Assembly: GCA_043228905.1 (NCBI GenBank)
Contig: JBHGNT010000018.1
Coordinates: 3,596,001 to 3,660,000 of the forward strand
Origin: Azolla caroliniana
Taxonomy: Eukaryota > Plantae > Polypodiophyta
Reading direction: 5' to 3'
DNA length: 64,000 nt
Both the position numbers and the translations under genes were made by a program. This document shows positions 12,149 to 25,000 of the stretch, in pieces; within the stretch, counting starts at the first letter, position 1; every line of letters starts with the position of its first letter. The notes beneath the pieces were generated by a model. The model worked only from the letters and a program-made list of their open reading frames with translations, did not search any database and was not told the DNA's origin.

Positions 12149-15100
12149 TGTAAAGAATCAAGAGATGGATTCTTGTGAAGCGGAAGAGATGTGAGTTATG
12201 TGTGTGTGTAAGAGAGAGAGAGAGAGAGAAACACAGAGAATATGCAAGGTAAAAGTATATTGACAAGGAGAAAGACTCAACAATTTTACAAGGTGGGAGG
12301 AGGGTGCTTTATGTAGTCACCCTCTCTCTTCATTAACTACAAGGCTCATGGAGCATGGGGAATGTGAAAGCTCATAAGTTATGTGTCATAGAATATGATT
12401 CTATGACTCATACTAAATGCTAGAATACAAAGAGGTGACTTAATGGTGACTCTTGACCGTTGGAGTGTCTATTCACTCTCAAGGTGGGTTCACACACTAG
12501 ACCAAGTTGAGCTTGATTCTCAACACGCCCCCTCAAGCTCAAGTCGGGTCGGTTTCAGACGGTATCCGAAATCCGCTTTGACTCGCATTCTGGAGTCCGC
12601 ATCGACTCGCATTTATGCGGAGTTGCGGAATCTGTGCTCCAGCTTGCGTTGTGCGTAGTTGCGAAGTCTGTGCTTTGGCTTGCGTCTTTCTTCGCGGCTT
12701 TGCGCAGTAGATCGGCTCTTCGCGGCTTCGTTGAGTGGTTGCGTAATCCACGCGTTATTGCGTAATGTCTTCAGTACTCCCCTTCAAGCTTGGCAGGTCA
12801 GGGATCATCAATCCGAGATCGGTCATGAATTGCCATAGCTTGTTGGCTCCTAAGGCTTTAGTGAAGATGTCGGTCGTTTGAAGATTGGTGCTAATGTGTT
12901 GTAGGTCGACATCGCCAGCCAGGACGCGCTCTCGGATGAAGTGATAGTGAACTTCGATGTGCTTTGTCCGTGCGTGGAACACCGGGTTCCGAGCCAGATA
13001 GATACTGCTCATGTTGTCGCAGTAAAGTCGGATCCTTGATGGGTACGCCCAGATCCTTCAAAATCCTCTTGAGCCATACGGCTTCACACGCAGCTACAGT
13101 TGCGCCCCTGTATTCCGCCTCCGTACTCGAAAGAGCGACGACAGGCTGCTTCTTGCTACTCCAGGATATTGCTCCGCTGCCGAGGGAGAAAACAAATCCG
13201 GAGGTTGATCTTCTATCGGCTTTGTAGCCGGCCCAATCGGCGTCGGTGTACCCCTTGAGTCGTATTGGCATCGCGGTCTTATAGAGGATGCCACAATCCA
13301 TTGTGCCGCTCACGTAGCGTAGAACTCTCTTAGCGCAATCCAAGTGAGTATCACGCGGTGTTTGCATGAACTGGCTAAGGAGACCGACCGGATAACTGAG
13401 ATCGGGTTGTGTGATCGTGAGGTAGATGAGACTCCTGATGAGTTGCCAATACTGAGTCGGCTCACACGCTTTAGTGCCGGAGTTCGCATCTAGTTTGAGA
13501 TTGCGATCGAGTGGTGTTGACGTGGATTTGCACTCAGCCATCCCGAACTTGTATAACAAGTTGAGGATGTAGTGCCGTTGAGAGATCATGATTCCGGCCG
13601 GAGTCTGAATTACCTCGATGCTGAGGAAGTAGTGGAGCTCCTTCATGTCCGTCATCTCGAACTTGTCGGAAAGGAGGGATTTGACTTTATTGATTTCGAC
13701 GAGATTCTCACCTCCAATGACTAGGTCATCCACATAAAATGATGATGATCGGACTTGCAGAATCGCTTCGTATGTAGAGGGAGTTGTCCGATTTTGACAT
13801 AACGGAAGCCGATTTGATGAAGATATTGTGTTATCTTCGAATGCCAAGCACGCGGTGCTTGCTTGAGGCCGTAGAGTGGCTTCTTGAGTCGGCAAACTGC
13901 TTTCGGATGGGTGCTCGAGTTGAAGCCAGGTGGTTGGATCATGTACACCTCCTCTTCTAATTCACCTTGTAGAAAGGCGTTCTTGACATCCATTTGATGC
14001 AGGTGCCACCCTTTCGCCGCAACAATCGTAATTATGGTCCGCACCGTTGTCATCTTTGCCACGGGGGCAAAGGTCTCCTCATAGTCAACTCCGTGCGTTT
14101 GGGCGTAGCCTTTTGCTACGAGTCGCGCTTTGTAGCGGTTTACGGAGCCATTGGCGCTATACTTCACCTTGTAGATCCATCTGCATCCGATCGCCTTTTT
14201 GTGTGGTGAGGTGGGAACAAGATCCCACGTCTCGTTCTTCCGTAGTGCCTGCATCTCATCGTTCATTGCTTTGATCCATCGTGGGTCCTTCACGGCTTCC
14301 GAAAAGGTTTCCGGCTCTCGTACTATCGCTACCTTCATCATAAAGGTGTAATGGTATACCATATAATCGTTGTAGCCGAATCGGCATACGGGGTTCTTTT
14401 CACGAGTGGATTGGCGAAGCTTTTCATTTGCAGAGATGAGGGCTTTCTTTGCTCCGATTGGTACCTCGAAACCGCCGAACTCACTGTCGAGTGAGTGAGT
14501 TGACTCATCGTCGGTGAAGCGATCGTCTTCGTATTCCGCCATTTTCGCCTTGCCTTTGTCCATCTTCGGGCTAGGCCGTGATGTGCTTTGATCGCTCAAA
14601 GGCTCTTGTGGTCCGCTCAGTCGGGTCGTGATCGAACTTTCTTCAATCATGTGCGTAGGGTGATCTTCATCCCCGATCTCTTGGTTGGCATATTCCGGGT
14701 CGAGCGGAGTCAGAGTCGGAGTTGTCTCTGGTGCGTACCAGGATGCGGACTCGTCAAAGACGACGTCTCAACTTACCCGAGATTTTCGAGTTGAGGGGTT
14801 GTAGCACTTGTACCCCTTTTGCTCTAGCGAGTATCCTACGAGGATACATTTCTCCGACTTCGGGTCGAGCTTTTGACGCTTCTCGTCGGGGATGTGCACG
14901 TACGCAATGGAGTCAAATATCCGAACATGTGATAGGTTCGGCTTCTTTCCGAAGAATCTTTCGTGCGGAGTGATCTCGTGCACGCCGGATGTTGTGCACC
15001 GGTTCATTAGGTAGACGGTCGTATTTGCTGCTTCGGCCCAATATGACTTGGGCATATGCTTCTCGTTCATCATGGCCCGCGCTACTTCGAGGATGTGCCA

Positions 15101-17269
15101 ATTTTTGTGCTCGGCTACTTCGTTTTGTTGCGGAGTGTGTCGGCAAGTGAATTCTCGCCGAATTCCTTCCTTTCGGAGATATGTCGTGAAATCGTCCGAG
15201 AAGTACTCCTTGCCGCCATCCGATCGAAGGCATCGTACATGTCGGCCCATGGCTTTCTCGACTTCATTCTTGAAATTTTGGAAGTGTCCGAACACTTCGC
15301 TCTTTTGCCGCATCGGGTAGATCCAAGTGTGCCTAGAAAAGTCGTCGATGAAGAGCACATAATATCGGCATCCGCCGAATGTCACCGTTTGAGCCGGACC
15401 CCATACATCGGAATGAATTACGTCGAGTACGCCTTTGCTCACATTCCGATCTTTCGGAAATGGGTGTCGGTGTTGCTTGCCAAATTGGCACACTTCGCAT
15501 ACACCTTCAATCTCCTTCTCTCTGAATGTCGGAAGTCCGGTGACGACTCCTTTCGATTTCATTGCTTTGAGTTTGTTGAGATTGATGTGGCCGATTCGCT
15601 TATGCCATAGCTCTATGTCGGAGTCGGCTTTCGTGCTTTTCGCGAACATGGCGGATTTCATTTCGTGCGAATCGAGAATGAACATCCGGCCCTCTCTTCT
15701 TCCGCGTGCGATGATTCGGCCTTCTTTTTCGATAAAGCACCCTTCTTGGTCGAATCGTACTTGCATCCCTTGCTCAACCATTTGGCCAACCGAGACCAAA
15801 TTCTTTGTGATGGTGGGTACATGCAAGACATTTTTAATGTATGTTTGCTTACCTCTTTCACGAACGGAACATTGCCGATGTGCCGAATCGGGTGCGTAGT
15901 GTCATCTCCGGTTTCGACATAACCGGGTCACTCCGGCTCTCGAAGTTCGAGAAACCATTCTTTGTGGGATGTCATATGGTTTGAGGCTCCGGAGTCAACA
16001 AACCATACATCCTCCGGATTGAGGGCACTAGTTGAGGTAGAGGCTGACATAGAGTTTGCTCTATGTTTCATCATGAACATTCCGCCACGGTCGGAGTTGT
16101 ATGCGTACATTCCGCCACGATCCTCGTAGTCGGAGTTGTGCCCCCGCTATACTCTTCGTAGTCGGAATTGTGCGCGTAATTCGTGAGTTGTCGGCTTATG
16201 GAAGCCGATTCACGCATCTTCTTTTGGCACTCTTCTTTGTGGTGGCCGAGCTTTCCACAATATCCGCATTCGGTTGCGTTTTGACGGCTCGGGCCGGAGT
16301 GGAAGCTCCCCCTTCTTGCGAAGGTTCCTCGTTGGCCTCCGTTTTGCGGCCGAAATTGGGAGTTGTTGTCGTAGGTTGGACCTCGTCCGCCTTGTCCTTG
16401 GCTGAATCGGCCTCTCGCTCGTCCGCGTCCTCTTCCTCCATTAGAGTGCGTGTAGAGCATGTGGCCTTCCGACTCATTGCTCCTTGTACGCACGTGGTTT
16501 TCTTTGACCAATAGCATCAATTGGAGCTCGAAGGAGGGAGATTTCTCCTGTGCTAGAACGGCGGTTCACATCGCGCCGAACCGTGGTGCGAGGCCGCCGA
16601 GGCATATTTGAACCATCTCATCATCATCTATACTTACGCTTATTGAACCGAGCGAGTCGCAAAGCTCCTTGATCTTCAAGGTGTATGTCGTGATGGACAT
16701 ATCCCTTTGTTGAATGTTGTTCAACTCTTGGCGGAGTTGAAGCTTCCTCGCGGTCGTGTTGGCGGCGAAAATCTTTCGTAGGTTTTCCCACGCTTCCTTC
16801 AGCGTCTTGGCTTCTCGAATGTAACCGAGCATGTGATCGTGAACACATGTCGCCAAACAATACATCACGCGGCTTGCGGCTTGTTCCCATGTTGCGTATC
16901 CGGGAGCCGCTTCGGCGGGTCGGTCTTCATGTGCTCCTTTGATGTAGCTCCAATAGCCTTGTCCGACAAGGTATTGGTGCATCTTGTACTCCCAAGATGC
17001 GAAGTTGTTTCGATCCAACTTCTCGGTAGGGAGAGCGCTCCCCATTTGAGTATTCATTATGTTGATTCTTCTTCTTCTTCTCTCTTCGGATGCGATCTAT
17101 GTAGCGAAGCTACAATAGCGATGGGCCGGTTCTTGGTCGTCGGCGTGGAGCACAACACACGATCACGATGAGGCGAATGGGCTAGATCGAGCTACCAAAT
17201 CGCTTTGATACCATGTAAAGAATCAAGAGATGGATTCTTGTGAAGCGGAAGAGATGTGAGTTATGTGTG

Positions 17270-17322
<53 letters not shown>

Positions 17323-17614
17323 CAAAGAATACGCAAGGTAAAAGTATATTGACAAGGAGAAAGACTCAACAATTTTACAAGGTGGGAGGAGGGTGCTTTA
17401 TGTAGTCACCCTCTCTCTTCATTAACTACAAGGCTCATGGAGCATGGGGAATGTGAAAGCTCATAAGTTATGTGTCATAGAATATGATTCTATGACTCAT
17501 ACTAAATGCTAGAATACAAAGAGGTGACTTTATGGTGACTCTTGACCGTTGGAGTGTCTATTCACTCTCAAGGTGGGTTCACACACTAGACCAAGTTGAG
17601 CTTGATTCGCAACA
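12149..17614 (-). mobile_element. Complete Ty1/Copia LTR retrotransposon inserted in LINE ORF1
   Basis: 5' LTR 17214-17614 and 3' LTR 12149-12525 differ by ~4 substitutions plus (AG)n/(TG)n length. TSD GGTGG (12144-12148 / 17615-17619). PBS TGGTATCAAAGC (17202-17213, tRNA-iMet type) abuts the LTR; PPT at ~12526-12535. Confidence 0.95.
12755..17057 (-). pseudogene. Copia gag-pol (gag, CCHC, PR, INT, RT, RNase H) with stops and frameshifts
   Basis: Motifs CGYCGKLGHHKEEC, WFVDSGASNHM, LWHKRIGH..CEVCQFGKQ, HSDVWGP, RSDGGKEY, QMDVKNAFLQG, YVDD, YTDADWAG and ARTKHIEVHYHF are spread over several ORF pieces. Confidence 0.93.
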
Positions 17615-18703
17615 GGTGGTGAAGGTTAGCTATGAAGGCTTGCTGGGCCAGTGCTTTGCATGTAAGGAAATGGGCCATAGGGCCAAACAGTGCCCTTTGT
17701 ATTGGAAGAAAAGAGAAGGCAAAGGAAATCAAGGCACCAAGATGCCTGATAACCCAATGTCATCAATGGGTGGGCAGAGGATCCTCGCTCATGTTGGGAA
17801 GCAAGCCAATGGGGAAGAAGGGTGGGTAACACCAAGGAAAGTGGCTAGATCTAGCATTCACAATCAAAAGGGTCCTCTTACAAGTGTTGGTTCCAATTCG
17901 AACAAATTTGATATCTCGTCACAAAGGGAAGAGGAACCCGAAGAGGGTGAGATAATTTTGACGACTCCGATTGATTTGCTTCCAAGATTCGAGACCTTCG
18001 AAACACTAGTAAAGCCCTCTGAAAGCCGGGGCAAGAGATTTTCAGCAGACTTAAGAATGGTTAAGGCATGGATTAGGAAAGGGAAGGACAAGGAGAGTCA
18101 TGCAAACATAGGTATTAGTGAAGTGCAGGAAATGACTACCCAGATTGAGGCTGGAAATCCCTCGCTTGTGGGCGTTGACTTTGTTATGATGAAGGATTGG
18201 AAGATGCAAGGTATGGAGGTACCCAAAGTCACAGTGAACATTGGTACTCCCAAGGAAAGAATTCACGTTTGGAATAGAGCACACATGGTTCTCATCAATG
18301 GTGACTCTAGTAGACCGGAGATCGGTTGCTCCTTCGAATTGGAGCCTGATATGGAAGATGGAAGGGGAGAAGAATCCGCTTTGAAGACGTTTTGTAACAG
18401 GGCAGTAGTGTGTATGCGATACCTTATATCTGAAAACGAAGCTAAGGGATTGCATGCACAATGGAAGAGCTCCTTGATACATGGGGAGATTCTTGAAGTT
18501 GGTCCAAATGTTCCCTTGGTTTGCATATGGAGGATGCACGATCTTATGCTAAATCCTGGTCAATTCCACTTCCAGTGTGGTGAATTACCTACTGATCAAA
18601 AAAGGGAAATAATAATGGAGTGGAAAAAGATATGGAGTATGATGACGACATATTTGTCAAGCAAGGGTGAATCCCCCTTTGCCCTTCTTTTGAACCCAAG
18701 TCA

Positions 18704-21700
18704 ATGAGACTTTTCTCTTGGAATGTGCAGGGACTTTGTGGGTCCCATCATCTGCTTGAGAAGCGAATTTTTAGGAAGGAATTTGAAGTTGTTAGCTTAT
18801 GTAGGAAGATTGATATTTTGCTCTTACAAGAGCATCACCTTGGCCGGGAAAGGACAGAACTGTTCAAAGACCCGTTGCCAGGGGATTGGCACACATGGTG
18901 GGCTCCAGCTCACGACGTGCTAGAGAGGAGAGGTGGAGTCTGTATTTCGGTGAGAAAATCACCGGATATCGCCATTTTGGACCATGGCATACTGATAGAA
19001 GGAAGGGTCATGTTCTGTTACCTAGAATGGAGGAATGTGAAATTTGGGGTGTTGAATGTCTATGCGTATTACAGAGACCTTTTAGCTCCAACATTGATAG
19101 AAGCCCCACCGATTCACTTGATGCAACATGTAGTTGCATGCTTGAAGACCAAGATTGGAGAGGTAGCCAAATTACAGTTGTCAAAGACCATAGAGAAGGA
19201 AGAATTTGTAGCGGGGCTAGATAGTATTCATAGCAAGGCTTGCCTTGGAGTTGAGGGCCTTCCCAAAGCCTTCTTCATGGAATTTTGGGAGCATATTTTT
19301 CCTAGTTTGGAAGCTGGATTCCAAGAAATGTGGAGAACGGGAAGGATGCCGAGCAGCTTCAATGAAGGATTGATATACCTTATTCCTAAATAGGAGAAGG
19401 TGTCGCACGAGATTAGACAATGGAGGCCCATCACCATTTTAAACCTCATTTATAAAAAAATTGCTAACATACTAGTGCAGCAAGTCAAGCCCTTTCTAGG
19501 AGATATCATCCATACCAATCAAACTGGTTTCATGGAGCATCGATCTATTATGGACAATGTGATATTGTTTTGGGAGGTTGTTGCGACAGCAAGGGATACC
19601 AAACAAAACTTAGCTTGTCTGATGCTTGACTTCGAGAAATCCTATGATTGAGTGCAATGGTATTTCCTTGAAGAAGTAATGAAGGTGATTGAGCTATCGC
19701 GGGAATGGAGGCGTGTTGCTCAAGCCCTATATAAGAATGGCTCAATTAAGGTGTTGATTGCAAGGAGGAAAGGAGCTACAATCTCTCTAACTAGATCCAT
19801 TAGGCAAGGTTGTCCTCTTGCCCCCTTTCTATTCCTCTTTATTACTGAAGCAATGTCTACTTTTTTGAATAGCCAAACTGCAAATTTACATGGTCTTTCA
19901 ATCCCTAACACAAGGAAGTCCTTGCTCGACTCAGAGTTTGCGGATGATACAATGTTATACCTCCAAGGTAATGAAGCGAATCTGGGGAGGGCACAAATTG
20001 CTATTGATCTTTTTTGCAAAGCATCGGGAGCTGCCATCAATTGGAATAAGTCCAAGGGTTTTTGGATTAGCTCGGAGGCCGAGCCGATATGGAAACCAAA
20101 TGCTGATTTTAGATGGATTGCAAAAGGGGAAGGCATTAGATATATGGGAATGTGGATTGGTGTCGATATTGACAAAAGAATTCAATTGCAACAAATTGAA
20201 AGTAAAATTTGCAACAAAATCCGTATCTAGTCAGGGATGAATTTATCATTAGCTGGCAGGATCATAGTAGTTAACCATGTGCTCTTGTCTACTATGTGGC
20301 ACGCGATCTCAGTGTGGATGTTTGACAAGCATGCTATTCGTATTGTTAAAGCGTGTATAAAGGGCTTTCTATGGGCTGGGAATTGGAAAGACAACGTGGC
20401 AGCTAAAGTATCATGGTCTATGTTGATTCTTCCCAAAAGTAAGGGGGGTCTAGGATTGATAGACCCTGGAGTACAAAGTCAATCATTGTTATGTAAGGTA
20501 TTGGTAAGGAGCTTGCTGCCCAGAAATGAGTTATGGAAAACATTGATTTTTAATAGGAGCATCCTTTGGAGTCCACGACTTGGTGGACAATGGAAGCCAC
20601 ATAAATCATGGCTCTTTTCTATGGACTTAAAGCTTAGGAAATCTAATTGATTGGCTGATCGCACATGTATGTCAGTGATGAAGGTGTGGGATATGCTCCG
20701 TGGGCATCTTAGGCGTATAGGTCCAAGTACTAATGTTGAATAGATGCACCAACCCCTATTGTGGAACGAGACCTTAAAGTTGACCGAGGGGAAGATGCTT
20801 GGCCAGCACAAGGGTATGCCGTGGGCTATATTGCATGGTATTGGCATTCAGTCAATGGCAAAATGGGATGTAGTTGTCCCCTAGTAATCGGGATAAATTA
20901 TATGAAGATGCGAGAAAGTTCAGAAATGGTAGGAAGATGCTTGATCTAGTCGATAAAGTTGTTTATTCTATTCCTATTAGTAATGGGGACGAGGGTGAAT
21001 GGTTTGGACAATGTGATGATGCCGGAAAAGTTATCAATGCCAAGGGTATAGGAAAGAATGGGAAGATCATCCAGTTGGGATCTGTAGTTGCAGGTGCTCA
21101 TTGGTCCCCAATTAGAATTGTAGCACGAGACGGTAAGAAATGGAAGGTGAATCCATCAGTCGCTGAGGTTGAGGAGGATTGGATCTAGTATGTAGTTGAA
21201 GGCAAGCCACTTGAGTGTTTAGAATGGGATCCTGCAGAATATGTGTGGAGGGACAAACAAGGTAAGTCACATGGTTTCTTTGACTTCTCAACTCGCTTGG
21301 GTAGGCATTTATGCTTGCATCGTGAGAAGTGTGCCAACAAATGGACCCATGTAGTTGTTGATTTGGTCTTTGTAGATAAAACTAGGAGCATGATATGGAA
21401 CTCTTCCCTCACCGAGAGGGTCAAGGTGTTTTTTTGGCTAATCACCCATCGGGCTGTTCCAACCGGAGAGTGGCTGGGGAAAAGGGGTGGCATGAGTAAC
21501 TGCAAGGCCTGTGGAGCGAGTTTGGAGGACATCGCACATTGTTTATGGAGCTACCCGCGAGCCCAAGAAGTTTGGAAGAGGAGCTTAAGAATTTTGGCTC
21601 AATGCGGGGTTGAAGTTCAGGTATCAAGTGCAGTCGTTGTTTGGTTAGCTACTGACTTGGCTACATGGTTTCATGGGTGGAATGGAAATAGCCCTTCTTT

Positions 21701-22090
21701 AAAGGTGGCGAATGGTACAGTTCAGCCTGCAACTCAAGGAGATTCATTCTTCATACAAGACCGATACGTAGATGTTTGGATTTTAGTGGTTGGCCTTACT
21801 GTTTGGCAAGTATGGGTATCAAGGTGTAAGGAGTCTTTTACCGGGAAGTGAACCCCATCTACTGAGAGTTTAATGATGATTTGGTTTAATCTGATTTCTA
21901 CGCTACAAGGTAAGTTTGATAGCCTTCAAGGACCCTCTGATGCGAGTGAAGAAGCTAGGCACCACTTCTAAAATGGAGAGGTTCCCCGATGTTACAGATG
22001 GTGGATGGCAATGCAAAGTGGATATATCTACCTCCCCGATGGTTGTTCCCTCCTAGGGTACCAAACATAGAGGTAGGTGTTGAATTGTGA
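18704..22090 (+). pseudogene. LINE ORF2 (APE endonuclease, RT, zf-RVT) with nonsense mutations and an internal deletion
   Basis: Motifs MRLFSWNVQGL..LLQEHHL, LDFEKSYD, IRQGCPLAP, EFADD, LPKSKGGLGL, CKACGASLEDIAHCLW. Confidence 0.9.
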
Positions 22091-25000
22091 AGTGATTGGT
22101 GGGTGTCTTTGTTGAATGTGGGTGTGTGAGGCTCATGTTGATGGGTGGTTGTCGGGTAATTATGTGATGAGGCTTAGTTGCTTCATTTATACATGATGTT
22201 TTGTTGTAGCCATTGCAAAGTGGCTTGTAACGTGTGAGTTGTATATTATTCTATGTACTTTTTCTTAACTAATGGAAGTAGATTTTTTTTTGGGAAAAAA
22301 AAAAAAACTCTATGTTTCTCTAGAGTCTCACCTATCAATCTGTTTGCCTTCACTCATTCCTAGATTGCTTGTGAGGATATGTTGTTAATTTATCAATGAT
22401 AAATAGTAGCTTATGATATTAGATGGAAGCATCTCTTTAACCAACATACTTTTCGATGTTGGTGACTTTAAGCAATTGAACAACATATTTAGATGGTCAT
22501 TCAAGTTTGAGTTAGATTTATAAGCTAGGCTCAATAAATGTTTTAGATATAGACGTTTACTAGCTTTCACATTTCACTATCATTACTACAAGTGCTCATT
22601 TCCTAAGATCTTTTAAGCATGAGCATAACTTGACAAGTTGGAGTGTGTACCATGATAAGTGCAAGCCATTTCCACATTTCATATGAGACAAACTAGGGTT
22701 CCATTGGTTGGGTGGAGAGTTCAGTTAAGCCATTAGTATTTAGATGCCAGCAATTTCCCCCCTTCTTTGATGAGCATACTACATGTCTTCCATGAAACAT
22801 ATATAATTGCTTATGTTGATCATGTCATGTAAACATCTCTATAATGAATATCAATTATTGGGGTGTGCCCAATTGTTAACCAGAAGTTATTAAATGTTAC
22901 AAAAATATCTAGTAATAATTGGCCATGATGGGCCCACTATAGGAATTTGTATGCATTGTCATGTGTACCTTCTAACCAAATATAATCGAGCATACCTTTA
23001 GTGAAGGCATGAGAGATACTAATAATGCAAGATAAAGTGGAGGAGTATTGTTGCCACGTTATCCCTTGATTACATGCAAATGTATCTTCCTCATATCGAA
23101 AAGACGTTATGAATTCACGGATTAACTTTATACCTTACGTGATGTGAAATGGATCTAAATTTGTCCCATTCTCGAGTCTTAGAAGAGTGTGTCATCACAT
23201 TCTTATTTCTAGTCCACCTTTTTTTAGACCATGGTCTCATGCTTTATTGCTTTGGATATTATAAGGAATGGTGCATGATTTGAGTGGGGGGAGAATTGGA
23301 TAAGAAGAGTACAACAAATCTTGATCTATCATCCATACTCTATTTTATTATATACTCTTTACGTCTAAAGAGTTAAACATACACACTAGTTCAATTTTCT
23401 CATGGAATGTATGCATATACATACATATATAGGTTCTTTGAAATGCCTTAATTTTATGCCTAAATTATCGAAATATACACCAATGAAGGATACCAAATCC
23501 CCAAATTTGTATAATTAATCAATTATATTTAAGGAGAGTCACTGATTGAATTTATGTAGGACGATTGTACCTAAAACATTTGCTTTGGGTGATAGGCTTC
23601 CATTAGAAACAACAAATTGACAAACTAAATCATGTGAAGTGTTCATAAAGATAGATATTCATAAACAACATTGCCGCATGGAACCATTCATTATATTATC
23701 ATACATATATTTAACAACACATAACACAAGCGACAAACTACAAGTTGAAAACCTATGCCTCCGTACAAAAGTTGTTCTAGATTACATAGAAGGCGCAAAA
23801 ACCATTTTTAGGGCCTTCCTAAACCCACAAGCATCCAAAACATATACCCCATCATCACAAGTTTTTCATCATGGGGATGCATGACGGAAAGGATAATGAC
23901 CATTGTTATTTTTGTCGCTAGCAATGAGAACAGAATAAATAATTTAATTTTTTTGAGGAATGATGTCAAAAATAAGTCATTCAATGCTATTGGAGTAATA
24001 AAATGAGTGAACAAAGACTAAAGTATAGGATATGGGAATACATATCCACAGTAAACGAAAAGAGCATTGCACGAAGAGTGGGAGTGCTACGTTCAGAGTG
24101 TGTAGGAAATCGTGTGAGTGGGGTCAAACATAACAATAAGTAAAGAAACATTTTAAAGAAGCCCCAACGATTGGTGCATGCCCAAACAAGTCGACTATAG
24201 AGATACGAGATATCGATCCAAATTCACCAAAAAGTGCATAGGGCCATATCAGAACTAGCATTGAAATTTGAAACAATATCACAAGATTTAAAGGTATAAA
24301 GAAACGTCTTCACGGGATGTGTAATAAATAAAAATAGGATATTGAATACTCAACAGCTTATGGAAAATAACGTTGATTGACACAAGTGACCTTTAATTAT
24401 TGAGGTGTGAAAGCCATGATATAAAGTATCTTTAGATTGACAAGGACTGAACATATTTGGGAGGGCCCAAGTAAGGCAATTGGCATAAACAATTGTGTTA
24501 TCCATTAAAACCTCGAAGGGCAAAGCTACTCTCTGACAAAGGATAAGCTTTGTTTGATTAAAAATTCAATAGATAATGTATTCTTCTTATGCGGGTGCAA
24601 CGTGTGTTTTCTAGCTATATTAGAGCACTAGTTTTTGGGTAGTATTTTTTCAGTAATAGAAATTCAACTTTAATAATGAGCTTTCATGTGTCAATTACCA
24701 ACAAGATAGTGTGATACAATTTAAATGCGAAAGAATTAGGCGATTAGAGTTTAAAATAGATTATAAAGTCAAGAGGGACATTTGCAAGAAAGGTATCTAC
24801 TTTGGGGAGTTTTCTCACATTGAGTTAAAGTAAGTGACAAATCTTACGAAATACCGACTTATGAAGAGATCAAGTTCAAAAGATTCAACCATCAAACATC
24901 GATGAAAACCAACCATACATATGGTTATATGCCACTATAAAAGTAAGAATAGAATTCTTTTATATATGGTTTGCACACAAAGCAAATATATTTATATATT

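Larger units (their letters stand above)
9891..18707 (+). pseudogene. LINE ORF1 (DUF4283-like region, CCHC knuckle, long C-terminal extension); frameshifted and split by insertions; start approximate
   Basis: Removing the insertions gives ..ILEWSPEF..PVVITVCFPDLPFQLHHLIPKLAHNIG..GLRVVKVSYEGLLGQCFACKEMGHRAKQCP, a typical plant L1 ORF1 core. Confidence 0.8.
9585..22305 (+). mobile_element. Full-length L1-clade LINE, interrupted by two LTR insertions in ORF1
   Basis: 14-bp TSD AACTCTATGTTTCT (9571-9584 / 22306-22319) and a poly(A) tail. ORF1 has a zinc knuckle; ORF2 has APE endonuclease, RT and zf-RVT. Confidence 0.92.
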
